This document shows, piece by piece, positions 26,576 to 39,000 of a stretch of DNA of 64,000 nt. A program made the translations under genes and the position numbers. Positions within the stretch are counted from its first letter, which is position 1. Each line of letters opens with the position of its first letter. The notes below the pieces were generated by a model that was given only the letters and a program-made list of their open reading frames with translations, was not told the DNA's origin and made no database searches. This DNA is from Lama guanicoe (taxonomy: Eukaryota), in the NCBI GenBank assembly GCA_013239625.1, contig MU053379.1, positions 2,834,866 to 2,898,865 on the forward strand, read 5' to 3'.

Positions 26576-29489
26576 GTGTTCGTCTGCTTCAGTGCTCTGG
26601 GTTTTAATTCAGAGACTAAAACACTTTCCTGCCTCCTTCCAGATGGAGAAGCTGGAGGACCCGTGGGATCCTGCGTAATGGTGGGGACCCTCCATCAGCA
26701 CCGTGGAGAGCGCCCGCCTCGAGGACCCTGGCCGCTCAGCAGCCCCCACGCTGAGCCATGGCCCTGGCTGCTCTTCCCTGCCTCCCCTTCTCCGTTCTCA
26801 GAGAAGTAGTTCTAATTCTCTAGCAAAACAGATCTCATTTCTTATTCCCGTTCACGGCCTCGAGCCACCCAGGGGAACACTCCATTTCCCCTCTGAAGTC
26901 TACATTTCGGAATGTGCTTCCAAAGTGTTTGGGTGCAGGTCCACCGGCTGCGCTTCTGCCCCGTCTTGCACCAACTCCAGCACAAGACCACTTCTCTCCG
27001 CCACATGCAGAGCCGGTCTCTCACGTTGCTGACGAACGAACACGAGACAGCAGCTCCCCTCATCTCCTTCCTCTGTCTTCTGAGAGCGTGTTTGCAAGCC
27101 AAGCACTTATCGAACGCTTGCTGCCCTTGGTGGAACGTACCTGCACAACACGGAGCAGCCCACGCCCGAGGACAGCTCGTCTGCCCTCGGGCCGCTGAGA
27201 AACCCGAGCCCGGCGGGGGTGTGACTCGCGGCTGGGATGCTGCCCTTTGATCCCACCCAGGAGACTCCCTGTCCGTGCTGTGCTGCTGTTATCGGGTACG
27301 TTTGTGCCTCTCTCCTGCAGTAACTCAGCTCTAGGTCCTGCGGTACCCAGCTCCCCAGGTGGGGACGGAGACGGCGAACCCAGACACGGTGAGCCCCTCG
27401 GGGAGATGCGTCTTGCTGACCACCCTGCCCGGTGACACTTCACGTCCCCACTCCTTGACTTCTGTGACGCGATCCTCTCCTTTTCCTCCACGATCTCTCA
27501 GGCTTGCTCTTCAAATGCGACGCTTTGGGGGTCTGGCCTTGACCGTCTTCCCTTCACCCTCCACGCCCAGCAAATCTAGTAGGTCCCACACTGAGTCAGC
27601 CTACCTGTCTGACACAGGAGCGCCCTCCTTCACCCAATGATGCCTCACACCAGGCCCTCGCTTCCTCTCCGAACCCTCTCCACTGCCCCTTTCACGCCGA
27701 TACAGCTGGTTCTGCACAACGAAACGCACCACATGGTGCCGTCTGACTCCTTTTCCTACACTTCTCTTAAATATATGGAGACACACGGAGGAAATTAAAG
27801 GTCTTCCCAGGAAAAAAAACCGAAGATCCCATGGAAGAGGAAAGAAACAGGATTGTTACAACTTTAGGAGGAGGGACCATTTTGAAAGTGTATGAACTGA
27901 GAACACAGCTTAGCAGCGATGTGAAGACGTCTGAGTCCAGGAGAGACGCTCTGGAGCCACTGAGCACATCTGCTAAGTGAAAATGAAACTACATCCACTT
28001 CGGGGAGGATGGCGGGCAGCGCGGCGCCTTCATGGGCAGCGCAGGCCTCCCCATCACACGCTGAGACTCCAGGGAGGAGGGGTGGGGAATGCCGCGGGGG
28101 CCAGCGTGCTATGGAGGTGGGCGCCAGGTTTAAAGAGCCACCACCTGTGCAATTCAGAGGCCGCCTCCTGACGGGCACCGCATGCTGTGAATCCACCTCC
28201 TCCTGAATCGAGCTGTCAGGGCAGGAGCGCGGAAGCCCGGCCTGACGGCTCTGGACACTTCTCTCAGCTGACCGCGGTCTCACGCAGAAGCTCTGGTCAG
28301 CTCGGGAACTGCAAAGATAACATGTGGCAGGCTTCCCACTTACAGCCTCGAGGCACGGGAATGGACCCTCGACTGCCCACAAGGGACAGGAGAAGCAGAT
28401 GGCAGGTGAGGTGGCCCTCAGTGCTCAGGAGGGCAGAGGCGAAGGGGGCGAAGGCCCCACTTTACTGACTGGACTTAGCCCAGGGAGGACGTCACCAGGA
28501 GGCACGGGGGGGCTAGGCCGATGTGTCACCGAGGGGCTTTCCAAACACACCCCTGCTCCGGTTACATTTTTTCTGATCAGGTTAGGCAGTGGTATTTCTC
28601 AGGCCTCCGTGAGCCTTCAGCACACAGTTCTAACTGATCATTTAGCCAAGGGCACCCCAAACAAGCAGTTCCTCTGATACTGATTCTAAGCTGGGTTTAC
28701 TGCTCAAAAAGACCCCCCAAAGGCGAATTCATTCCAACAACGCTCCCTGTCCTCAGCTTAATAACAAAGTGTTGTATTTTCTTGAACATTACTCAAAATT
28801 GATACGGAACTGCCCCCATTTCCACTTTCAGTTAAATATTCTATAAAACTGAATCCCAGCTGACAGTATCTTCAGGCCACTGAGTATCAGACATTAGCTG
28901 GCGTGGGGACAGGAGACAAAAATCACTACTGCACACTGATCCCACGGGCTCTTTTCTTTGTCATCAGGTCCAGTGTCTGGTTATCTAGGGCCAGTACCAA
29001 AAAGGGAAGGCTCCCTCTCTAAGGGGTTTACAGAAGGTCTGAACTGAACAACCTGTTCTTTGTTCATAAAATAGTCACTCTAATACCCAGAGAGTGAGGG
29101 ACACTGGATGAGGTGAACAGTTTGCTAATGTTCTGTTAACTGTAATACAAAATTAGGGACAAAATGGAGGCACCGACTGCCCGTGTCAAGACGGCCTGTG
29201 TTGACAGACAACTTTCCCTCTCGGTCCACACCCACTGCTGCGCCAAGCATCTCAAGGAAACAGGTAATAGGACTTCTCGGATTCCGATCTTTCAAACGAA
29301 CTGACTCCTAGGGCCCTGCAGGCAAGCCGCTTCATTCTTGTTGGGTCTTGGTTTGTAAGCCAGTAAGTTTTGCAGAAGGATTTCCTGTTAGGCTTCAGGA
29401 AGGGAATCAAATAGAATGAACCCCCAGGAACAGAGTCCCCCAGCTCATTGGGGTGGGAGGGGTTTGCAAGGGGCTCCAGGCCATGACCT

Positions 29490-30311
29490 GAGAGCTCAAG
29501 GGCCTTGTGCTTGCAAAGGTGCTCTGCTGCTGCCGCCCTGAAGTTCTTGGTGATTTTGTCCTTGACCTTGCGTTTTGTGCTTCAAGTTTGCTAGGACCAA
29601 GGGGCATGCACATGGGAGGCCAGGGCAACTCCGAGGGCGCACAGGGCGTGCGGGACCCCCACGGCGAGTGGGCGGGGAGCTGGCTGCCCAATCTGAACCA
29701 GAACGTGCTGTGAACGCACAGAGAAGGCGCTGGTGTCCTAAGACACGTGAGCAACCCAAGAGCCCTACATATCCTCAGCTGGGTCACTTCCCTGCACTAG
29801 CCAACAATGTCCTCTAAAAAGGATGACACAGAAGGAAAGAGAGAAACAGGAAGACCCCCAGCTCCTTTTCTGGTCGTCCTCCTGACTCGTCTGCGCACTG
29901 AGGGTAGTGTTGGTGCAGTGCGCTCGTAAGAGGGGAAGAAAAATAGGCAGGTTAGCAGTCTTTCCGCTGTTTCAGTGAGAACAAAATACATTTACGTGCA
30001 AGCTGTGAAATGTGAACTGTGTAATTTTGGTGATTCCATTCATGAGTTAAATGCTTTTATATTTTCACATAAAACTGGCATTGCACAATATAAAAATGAT
30101 CAATTAATGCTAATCATTTAAACTTTTAACATTTCTTTACTTAAAATGACATTACATAGCAAATAAAAACCACCATGGCAAGTCAGAAAGACTGCAGGAG
30201 GATGGAAAAAGCATACTTTAGCATCTTTAAAGGCACTTTTCCTGCTTTTTGAATGGGGGGCCCCACATTTTCATTCTGCACGGGGACCCACAGGTTACAC
30301 GGCCAGCCCTG
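29490..30311 (+). mobile_element. MER45B-like hAT-Tip100 DNA transposon relic
   Basis: Extended similarity to recalled MER45B (aaaactggcattgcacaatataaa; ggggccccacattttcatt; terminal gccagccctg). Confidence 0.8.
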
Positions 30312-30639
30312 GTTTCGGGGTGTCCAAGGTCTAACTGATCTCAGTGCTTACAGGGACTCACGGGGCTAAGGGTGGAGGAACCTACACTCCTCTGCGCCTG
30401 TTGCCCTGGCGTCAGGCAGCCTCGATGCTGTACCAGAATTAGAATGTTCGGGGGGGGGGCCATGAGGTGAGAGAGTTAGGGCTCGCTTGGCTTCCTCTGG
30501 TCCAGCTCAGAAGACCATCTGGGCTGAAAGCTCACTCCTGTATCTGTCACCAACACCCTGACGGACGTGGCCATGCATACAGTTCTCAGGAACCTACATT
30601 TACCACTGAGATCACTCTGAGTCCCTCTATTTGCTCTGG

Positions 30640-30840
30640 TGCCCTCTGCCTGGAAAGGGCCCCTGCTCCCTGGGGACAGTGCCTGGCCCGTCCCTCCAAC
30701 CTCAGCCCCCTCTCGAGCTGTCCTGGGGAGCTGCCATGGTCTGTCTTCTCCTCACCTGCCTGCTTCCCACGTTCCCCAAGCCCCCGGTGCTGGGCTCGGT
30801 GGACCCTGCGTCCGCACTGACTGTTTGGTAAATGAATAAT
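30640..30840 (+). mobile_element. L2 3' end fragment
   Basis: Ends in tgtttggtaaatgaataa, typical of an L2 tail. Diverged. Confidence 0.4.
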
Positions 30841-33085
30841 GTGAGGAGATACCCGCGATTGGGCTGTGTTGGGTTATGCAGCGTTGTTCAAAATTCAAAC
30901 TGAAAACTTATCTCAGTGAAGTAGCGAATTCCAGACATTAGCTGCAACACAAACTAGTTTAGACTTTGGCCAAAGCGTTTTAACAAAATGCTAAAGGAGA
31001 AACTAATTATTAACAGTCTAGGCAGATATCTATAAATATTTAAAGTATTTAAAAGTTAGCAATTAGGAACAAAAATAAAAACACCCCCACCTCCCTTTTC
31101 TCTTATTTTTTTCCATTTTCCCTGACTTTTTTTCTTATTATACCTTTCAGTTCTGGTCTGAATATTAACCCTTTTGCAGGCAGAAATTAAAGAACAGAGC
31201 AGTTAAGTGACTGTAACGCTTTCCCCATTGATTACATCCCTATAAAAACTACAAATAGTATTTTTTCTTGTTTGAAATAATTAACTTGAATAGCACCAGT
31301 TAAATCTTCTCAAGGTATAAGACAAAAGAAAGTGTTTAACATTTTATAATGATCAAAATAGTAAGATTTGTTACTTTCTCTTTCTCAGTTTCTGCACTGT
31401 TCTCCTCCAAGAAGTCGACCTGGCTATCCAATGTGAACACAGCGTTTACTAACTCACTTTGGCATCAGGAGCCCTAAGCTGGCATCCGCCTTAGTCCAGT
31501 GTGCCTGCTTGAAAGGTTTAAAGTGATGCTGAATCCTGTCCTTTAAACTTTCACAAATACTGTTTCCCCCTAAACCTGATTATTCTGACGCCACATGAAT
31601 TCTGATTTGAGAAGCAGTGTTCAACAACACGACAAAGCGTGGTTTCGTAATGAGGAGCCCCGTGAGTGGAGACAGTGACGTGACAAAAATCACAATGGTT
31701 GTATATAAAGCAGAATTTTCTTGTTTGCAAGTGGTTTTGCCTTGCCTTGGTCCAACGTGCTTGACGGATGCGCCCAGGCTCCTCCTAGTTGACACGCACG
31801 CTGACAAGCTGATGGCTAGAAAGCTCTTTCTCATTTCTGCCCAGAGCCTTTCTAACAGCACGTGAAATAAAAACTCCATGCTGAAGGCTGAACCGACACC
31901 AGCCGTAAGATTAAGTCTAAACTGCTGTGGCGATCACTGCAAAGGATGCCATCTCCCAAACACGGAAGCTGGAGGGGGCAGGCTGGAAGAAGGATGCTGC
32001 CCAGGCCCCCAGGGAGGGACCAGATGGGACCTAATAGCTCTTTTCTACTACTAATTTCTATGATAATTCCAAGTTGCCACATGGCATATGTATTTTTTTT
32101 TCAAGTCGAAAGACAGAATATCAGTCAATGAAGTGGCCAGGATTTTAATGAAAGGTATTTTTCATGAACTGTATCTATTCCCACATGATACTTCTCACTC
32201 ACCCCCGCTCCCACCCGCCAGCAACACATCACTCACGGCGAGGCTGGGACAAGCACAGAGAGGGAGGTCAGAGGCAATGGGCTTACAGTCATCATCAATG
32301 CTAATTAGAAACACAGAGCTTCTGAGTTTTACTAGGAGGTCAGATGCCTTTCGCAGCAATTTTATGAAGTCACCTTAATTCCTTTTCCTCATAGTCAGAG
32401 GTCATGCCTGAATTTAAAGATCACAGCCTGCCAACTAATGTTTGAGAGAAAAATAAATCACAGAAGGGAAACTTACTGTTTTTAGGGAGAAAATCAGGAA
32501 TCAGAGAAGGAGACACTAATGATTTGGGAAAACAACGACAGAATTTCTAGCCATTCTCACTGGTGAGCGGGTTCAAATTCAACTTTGTTGAGGACGCCTT
32601 CCCCCGTCCCCCCGACCAGATGCAACGTCTGCCTCCTCGGGCCTCCCAGGACACTGCCTGTGCTTCTCTGGGGCACCTGTCCCGGTCTGATTTATCAGTG
32701 TCCTTTCACTGGAGGCGGGGTTCTGGTAGGCACTCTCAGTGACCCCATTACATTTGCTCAGCCTCCCACCTTATCCATACAACAGACGGCAACAGACAGG
32801 GATGGAGGAGGGGGAGCGACACCCGAGGAAGTGTGACCCTCACGGCTTCTCAGCACAAACCTGTGTGACTTAATTATGAAAATAAACACTTCCTAAGTTT
32901 GACACCACACGATACGATTAACATAAACTAAGAAGTGGTCTGAAAATCACACTATTTTTTTTTTCAATGCAGACTGGAAAATAATTCTTCCTTCCCTCTT
33001 CAACCCAGTTGTTACGGCTCACCTCTCTGGAGGAAGTGCCAGGGATCCAGGTTCCAGGACGGCTGACACATCACACACTTACGTC

Positions 33086-33094
33086 AAAGGATAC
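33086..33094 (-). other. U12-type (minor spliceosome) 5' splice site GTATCCTTT
   Basis: Exact match to the U12 donor consensus RTATCCTTT at the exon end predicted from the protein frame. Confidence 0.9.
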
Positions 33095-33222
33095 AAGCTC
33101 TGGTACAGGGGGATGAGGCACTTCACGGCCCTGCTGGCGTTGATGCACGTGGCACAGATAAGGCTTGGCAGTAGCTTCCCGCTCACGATGGCACCATCAA
33201 ACAGGGGCCCAAAAAACGGAAC
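33095..33222 (-). CDS. RALGAPA2: RALGAPA2 coding exon, 128 nt ([42 protein letters not shown]), phase 0 to 2
   Basis: Translated by hand. Acceptor atcaacag|GTTCCG. Ends AGC TT|gtatccttt, which fits the recalled protein continuing ...YQSFYEER. Confidence 0.94.
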
Positions 33223-33477
33223 CTGTTGATTCAAAACAAAACAACCAACTTAATTTTCAGAAACCAGGAAAAGTCAAACCAAGGGCAGACAGGAGGACAG
33301 CTGCTTGATGTCTCTGATCTGTCACGACCCTGCAGGCTGCCACCCACAGATGGATGCCGGACGTAACAGGACACAGGTCGAGGGCTTTCAGATCCAGCAA
33401 AACAGGATTTTGCTCCACAAAGTTCCTCTGCTGTGAATCCTCTGCCAAACTTCTTCTTTTTTTAAATGAGGATGCCT

Positions 33478-33738
33478 ATTACGTATGTATGTATGTATGT
33501 ATGTGCTTATTTATTTATTTAAATTGAAGCACAGTCAGTTACAACGTGTCAATTTCTGGTGTACAGCATAATGCCCCAGTCATGCATATATATACATATA
33601 TTCGTTTTCACACTCTTTGTCATTAAAGGTTATTATAAAATACTGAATATAGTTCCCTGTGCTATACAGAAGAAATTTGTTTTTTAATCTATTTTTATAT
33701 ATAGTAGTTAATATTTGCAAGTCTTGAATTCCCAAATT
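33478..33738 (-). mobile_element. Short LINE-1 3'UTR fragment with (TATG)n/(TTTA)n tail
   Basis: gaatatagttccctgtgctatacagaagaaatttg is the reverse complement of the L1 tail seen at 50160-50210. Confidence 0.85.
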
Positions 33739-33744
33739 CGAGGA

Positions 33745-36040
33745 TATACTGCATCACCAGATACAATATACCCTCCAAATCAATTATATTTTTGAATGTT
33801 AGCAACCAAGAATTGGAAAATGATGTCTAAAAATACTATTTCATAATAGCATCAAAACCATCAAATACCTAAAAATAAATCTGACAAAAGAAATGTAAGA
33901 CATCTATACTTGACATTACCAAACATCACTGAGAAACGTTTAAGACAACCCAAATAAATGGAAAGATGTACTATGTTCATGGATTGGAAGTTTCCATATT
34001 GTTAAAATGGCAGTTCTTCTGAAATTGAATTATAGATTCAGTACAAACCAAATAACAGTTTTAATGAGCTGCTTTTATAGATTTCGACATGCTGATTCTA
34101 AACTTACATGGAAACGAAAAATAACATAAATTGGCCAAGACAATATGAACAATACATATTACCTGGTTTCAAGGAACACTATAAAACTATAATAATTAAC
34201 ATAATATAATACTGCAACCAGGATAGACAAATATATCAGTAGAACAGAATACACAGCCCAAGAATAGAGCCACACATCAACGTAACTGATTTACAGTAAA
34301 GGCAGCACATCAGTTGTTTGGGGAAAGGAAAGTCTGACACTGAAACAACTGGAGAGTCACAATGAAAAGTGAGCTTTGGTCTCTACCTCATACCACACAC
34401 AGAACTGAGATGGCTTATAGATCAAAATATTAAAGCTAAAACCACAAAGCTTCTAGAAGGAAACATACAAAAAAAAATTGCAACCTTGGGTGAGGCAAGG
34501 AATTTTTAGGGTACAAAGGGCACCAATCATAAAAAGAAAACAAAAATTGGACAATAAAATTTTTCAAAATTCTGCTTCTCATTGAAGTTAAAAAGGCAAG
34601 TCACATATGATCCACCAAACTGGACTGTTCCTAAATGTCCATCAATAGGAGAATGAATCACAATTTGCAGCACATTCATCCAATAGAATATCCCACAGGA
34701 ATGAAATGAGCAAATCACAGCTACATGTAATACCATGGGGATGACTCCAATATAATGCTGAGTGAAAGAAAGAGACAGGAAAAGTCCAAACTATATAATT
34801 GCATTAACAGAAAACTCAAAAGCAGGCAGAACTAATCCATGACGACAGAAGTCAGACTAGTGACCATTTTTTCGAGGGATTAGTGACTGGGCAGAGGCAT
34901 AAGGGGGATTTCTGGGAGCTGCTAATATCCTATGTTTAGATCCGGGTGATATTAAATTGTCTGCTTTGAAAACATTCATCAAGCTGTACATTTACAATTT
35001 GTGCCTTTTTCTTTATTAATGTTATGTTTCAAAGAAAAACATTTTAAAAAAAAATTAGCAAGAATATAGAAGATTTGAACACCACAGCTGACAAACTCAC
35101 CCTAATGGATACACACACAATACAGCTGCAGAAGGCATTCTTTTCAAGCATGCACAGAATCTTTTTTTTTAATTGACCGTATTCCAGGCCAAGGATATAG
35201 CCTGTGGGGCCCAATTCCAGCTTGGCGCCTTTTCTGTATGGCCTGCAAACTAGGAACAATTTTTAAATTTTCAAAAAGTGTTGAGAAAAAAAAATTCTGT
35301 GACATGATAATTTTATGAAACTCAAGATCAGTCCAGAAATAAAATTTTACTGGAATACAGCCACACTCCTTCTGGATCGCCCGTACCTGCTCTCACACAG
35401 CAACGACAGAGCTGAGCAGCTGTGACAGACACCACGTGGGCCACGAAGCCCAAAATGTTTACAACCTGATCCTTCAAAGGAAAAGTTTGCTGAGCCCTGT
35501 TCTAGGCCACAGAGCAGGTCTGCAAAAATTTCAAGGGGTTGAAATCATACAATCCATATTCTGTCCCCAAAGAGCTACTACGTTAAAATCGAAAACAAAA
35601 GGGTAACTGACACAAATCTCTACATTTAGAAATTTTAGAACACTTCTAAATTGCTCAGGGGTCAACAACCACCAAGAAACTCTCAGGGGTCAATAAAAGC
35701 ATTGAAGTAGAAATTTTAAAAGGCATCCATCTCAAGTAGTATTGAAAAGCCAAAAGAATAAAATAAACTCACAGAAAGTGAAGAGAAGGGGAAGAACAAC
35801 AAAGACAAAAGCAGGCACAAGTGAGACGGAACGAGCACACAGGGAGAGGACAACCGACATCAAAAGCCAGTTCTTTGACAAAAGTCTAACACAATTAACT
35901 GACAGATCTTTGGCAAGATGAGCAAAGAGCAGAAGAAGGTACAAATAAACAATATTAAGAACAAAAGCGGGGCACAGCTGCAGGTGCTCAGGACATGCAC
36001 ACAGCCTCACGCGCGTCTGCTTGGGAACTTACATGAAACT
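33745..36040 (+). mobile_element. Old, degraded LINE-1 fragments (L1M-type ORF2 and 3' end), interrupted by MER58
   Basis: A-rich ORF2-like stretches (atagcatcaaaa...aaatacctaaaaataaatct; tgttcatggattggaag; aaaagccagttctttga). No long ORF. Confidence 0.8.
35190..35499 (+). mobile_element. MER58B-like hAT-Charlie element with 8-bp TSD
   Basis: Ends aaaagtttgctgagccctg. Flanked by ttccaggc (35182-35189) and ttctaggc (35500-35507). Confidence 0.8.
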
Positions 36041-39000
36041 GCTGGATTCCCAGGAACTGCCCCTTCCTCCTGCTGACCCACGTGTAATTTTTTTCTTCTT
36101 TCCTACTATGCTGGTCTCTGATTTTAGTTTTTAGTACTTAACGGAGCGGCACCCGTCCCAGAAGAAGGCACTATGACTCCCCTCGGTTAGAACTGGGAAC
36201 GGCCACTGGTTAAAGGCTCCGGAATCACTGGGCACCAAGGCAGAGAAGCAGCTGCAGGGCGGCCCAGGTAGGCGGCCCTGCTGTGCGGTGGCAGAAGGGG
36301 CAGGGGTGCTGCTGGGTGCCCCCCACCCCCGCTCCCACGCTCCAGGCAGATTCATGGAAGACGACATCAAGTATTCGGCCTAGTCACAACCTCAGCTCAT
36401 CACTCGGCCCCTGTTGGCCCTGGATATTCACAACTAACTCAAGCTCTGAGTGACTCAGAACGTCCCTCCCCAAGCACGATGACCACACCCCAGAGCTGAA
36501 CAGGATTCTCCGAAGCTGGTGACAAACTAGATTTCCTTACCAGCTACAAGTTGAGGGATGCATGTGGAGTCCCCACCATGTGCTCCGTGACTAAAGGAAG
36601 TGCAGCTGGGAGAGGAGACACAAACCTAGAGAGCACAGCCCTGAAGATTTTCTCCTCAGGCCTGGGCCCGGCAAGGCACTGCCATACCCAGGTCCTCCTG
36701 GCCGGCTGCCGGGAGGGCAGAGAGCCTGCATCTGCAGAGACGTTCAGGTTGCACCATCGCTCGGCACAAGGATGCATCTGGTTGTTGGAGCAACAGGGGA
36801 GAATTCTTGGGACGCAGAAGGTGAATTGTGGGAATTAATTAATCTTTCAAGGACTCAGTGCAGACATCCTGACCTCCCAAAGCAGGATAATGAACAACCG
36901 AGCTCTGTTCTGGTTCCTCATGGATAACCTGCAGCTTCCGAAACTGGGACACCACCATGAGACCCGGCCACACTGAAAGCTATGAATGCAGTGTATGAGG
37001 GTGGTCAGTCACACATCCCCTGTTTAAAAACTGAGGGCACCTGGTCATCACAAAGATGTGGCCATGATTTTCGTGTCCAGCTTTTTGGCACTGCCTGTAT
37101 CGTGTGACAGGTGGGGGACTTAACCAAAGGCCTAGGATTCCAGTATCTGCTGGACTCCACACGTACGCCCATAAAGTGTACACAGGATGCGTGCACAGAA
37201 CCACAAAATATAAACAGCCCTTTGTTTACGAGCCTCTGCACACAGTTATGAAAACTAACACCTTTCTACGCTTAAAGAGACTGAGACTACAAAGATTCAA
37301 AGTGTGGACTTGGCTTGGCTGCCCGGAAACCAGGTCTCCTTGGATAAATTACTGTACTTGCTCCAAGAGCAGACGCTGAGCCCAGGAGCAGTGCAGTCGG
37401 CCCTACTGTCCTCACAGAGCGGCTGAAACTCAAACGCTGTAGTAATCCCTACAGTGTGTTACAAACAGCACTGCCCGAACGAGGGGCCAAGTAACAAAAT
37501 CGTATGATTTGAGATAAGGGTGAAAAGTTTAAGAGAAATATAAGGTATGTTCTGAGAAAGAACGTCTATTTCTCTATATTTCAATCTCTGCGTTGTATAA
37601 ATACATCTCTATCAGAAGATAATTTTTGGAAAAAATGGATAATCAGAGGACTATCAAATTTTGCCTGAAAACTCCCCTTCCCTGAATTAGCTTCCTTTCT
37701 AGCCATACTATCAGTAACTTTTTATTATTGTTTTTGTCCTTGTTTTTCTAAGAACACCCACTGCTATCTCAAAGTCTCTAATTCAGCTGTTCCTTACTTA
37801 TTTGTCGGCTGTCTGGCTCACTAAGGCTTAGACTCCAGGAGCACGCGGCCCCCAGGCCCGACCCAGCGCTGGCACGAGGCGGCTCCAGCAGGTGTGCTAG
37901 ATCCACGCGGCCCGCAGGACGGAGTGAAGGCCTCCAGCTCCTGGGGCTCCGACCGCTGGGTGGTCACCAAGTCTGTGGCCCCTCCCCACGTTCCTGGAGC
38001 AAGCTCTGTCCCGACCGTCTGCCTGCTGCTTCACGGACGTGCCCAGGAGGGAAGAGTGAGAGGGTGGCAGGGCTGGTCCTGGGGTCCGGAGCAGGCTTCT
38101 GCTGCCTGAGCTCTTCTTCTGCTTGGTGGGTTTGAGAACCGGGCTCCGCAGTTAAAACAGAGATGTAAGAGCTGCAAAGACTGGCTAAAGCGGTTCTGAG
38201 ACCGGTGCCTCCGGCGCAGATGAGGCAGTCAGCCCTGAGGAAACTCAGATGGGACCTGAGAAGAATGGGGCTGTGAGTCCTACTGGTGCTGACAAATAGG
38301 AGTTCTTCCCTTTAGGGCCGGGGAGGGGGGCATCTTAACTCCACAGGGGGAAGCAGGAGCTGCTCACAGTCTAACATCGTTAAAACCAGGCAACACTGAC
38401 AACAAGCAAACAAGGAAATAAGAAAGAACAGCCCCTTCCTCCTACCTCTAGCAAGGTCACACTTCAGAAAGTTTATTTAAAATACATTCCTTAGAAAAGT
38501 AAGTGCACCTCCTGCCATGACTTACACTGAAAGCAGCCGGGAACCAGGGAGATGCGGAGACGAAGCCAGCGAAGCAACAAGACCCAACGAATGAACCCCG
38601 AGCACAGCACAGAAAGTGCGCCTCTAGTGCTGGGGGCGGTGGGCGGTGGGCCTGGGGTCCCGCTCTCAGGGGAGTTCTCTGTGCACCTGACGCCCCATCC
38701 TGTTCCGCCCAGCTTTGGCCAAGGGTGGGCGGCACCGCGTGCAGGAGCTTGGGGAGGCGCGGGGCAGCACGCCCAGGGGTCAGAGAGGGGCCTCTGTGGG
38801 CCCAGAGGCCTTTCCTGCTGAGGTCACTGCGGGCGGAGGATGGGGACTGTGCCACTTTCTGACAGCAAGTGGGCTCTCCTGTCGGTCACTCTGGCTGGCT
38901 CTGGCCAAAAGAGGAGAACAGCTCGCAGGCAGGAAGATATAAAAATCAAAGACCGACTCAAAAGGGGAAACCAGCAGCAACTTTTGAGAAAAACCAATTG

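Noticed and set aside
175..32836. Many 60-214 aa ORFs in the track
   Set aside because: Low-complexity Pro/Gly/Arg/Ala-rich translations expected by chance in GC-rich intronic DNA. No recognisable domains or consistent exon structure.
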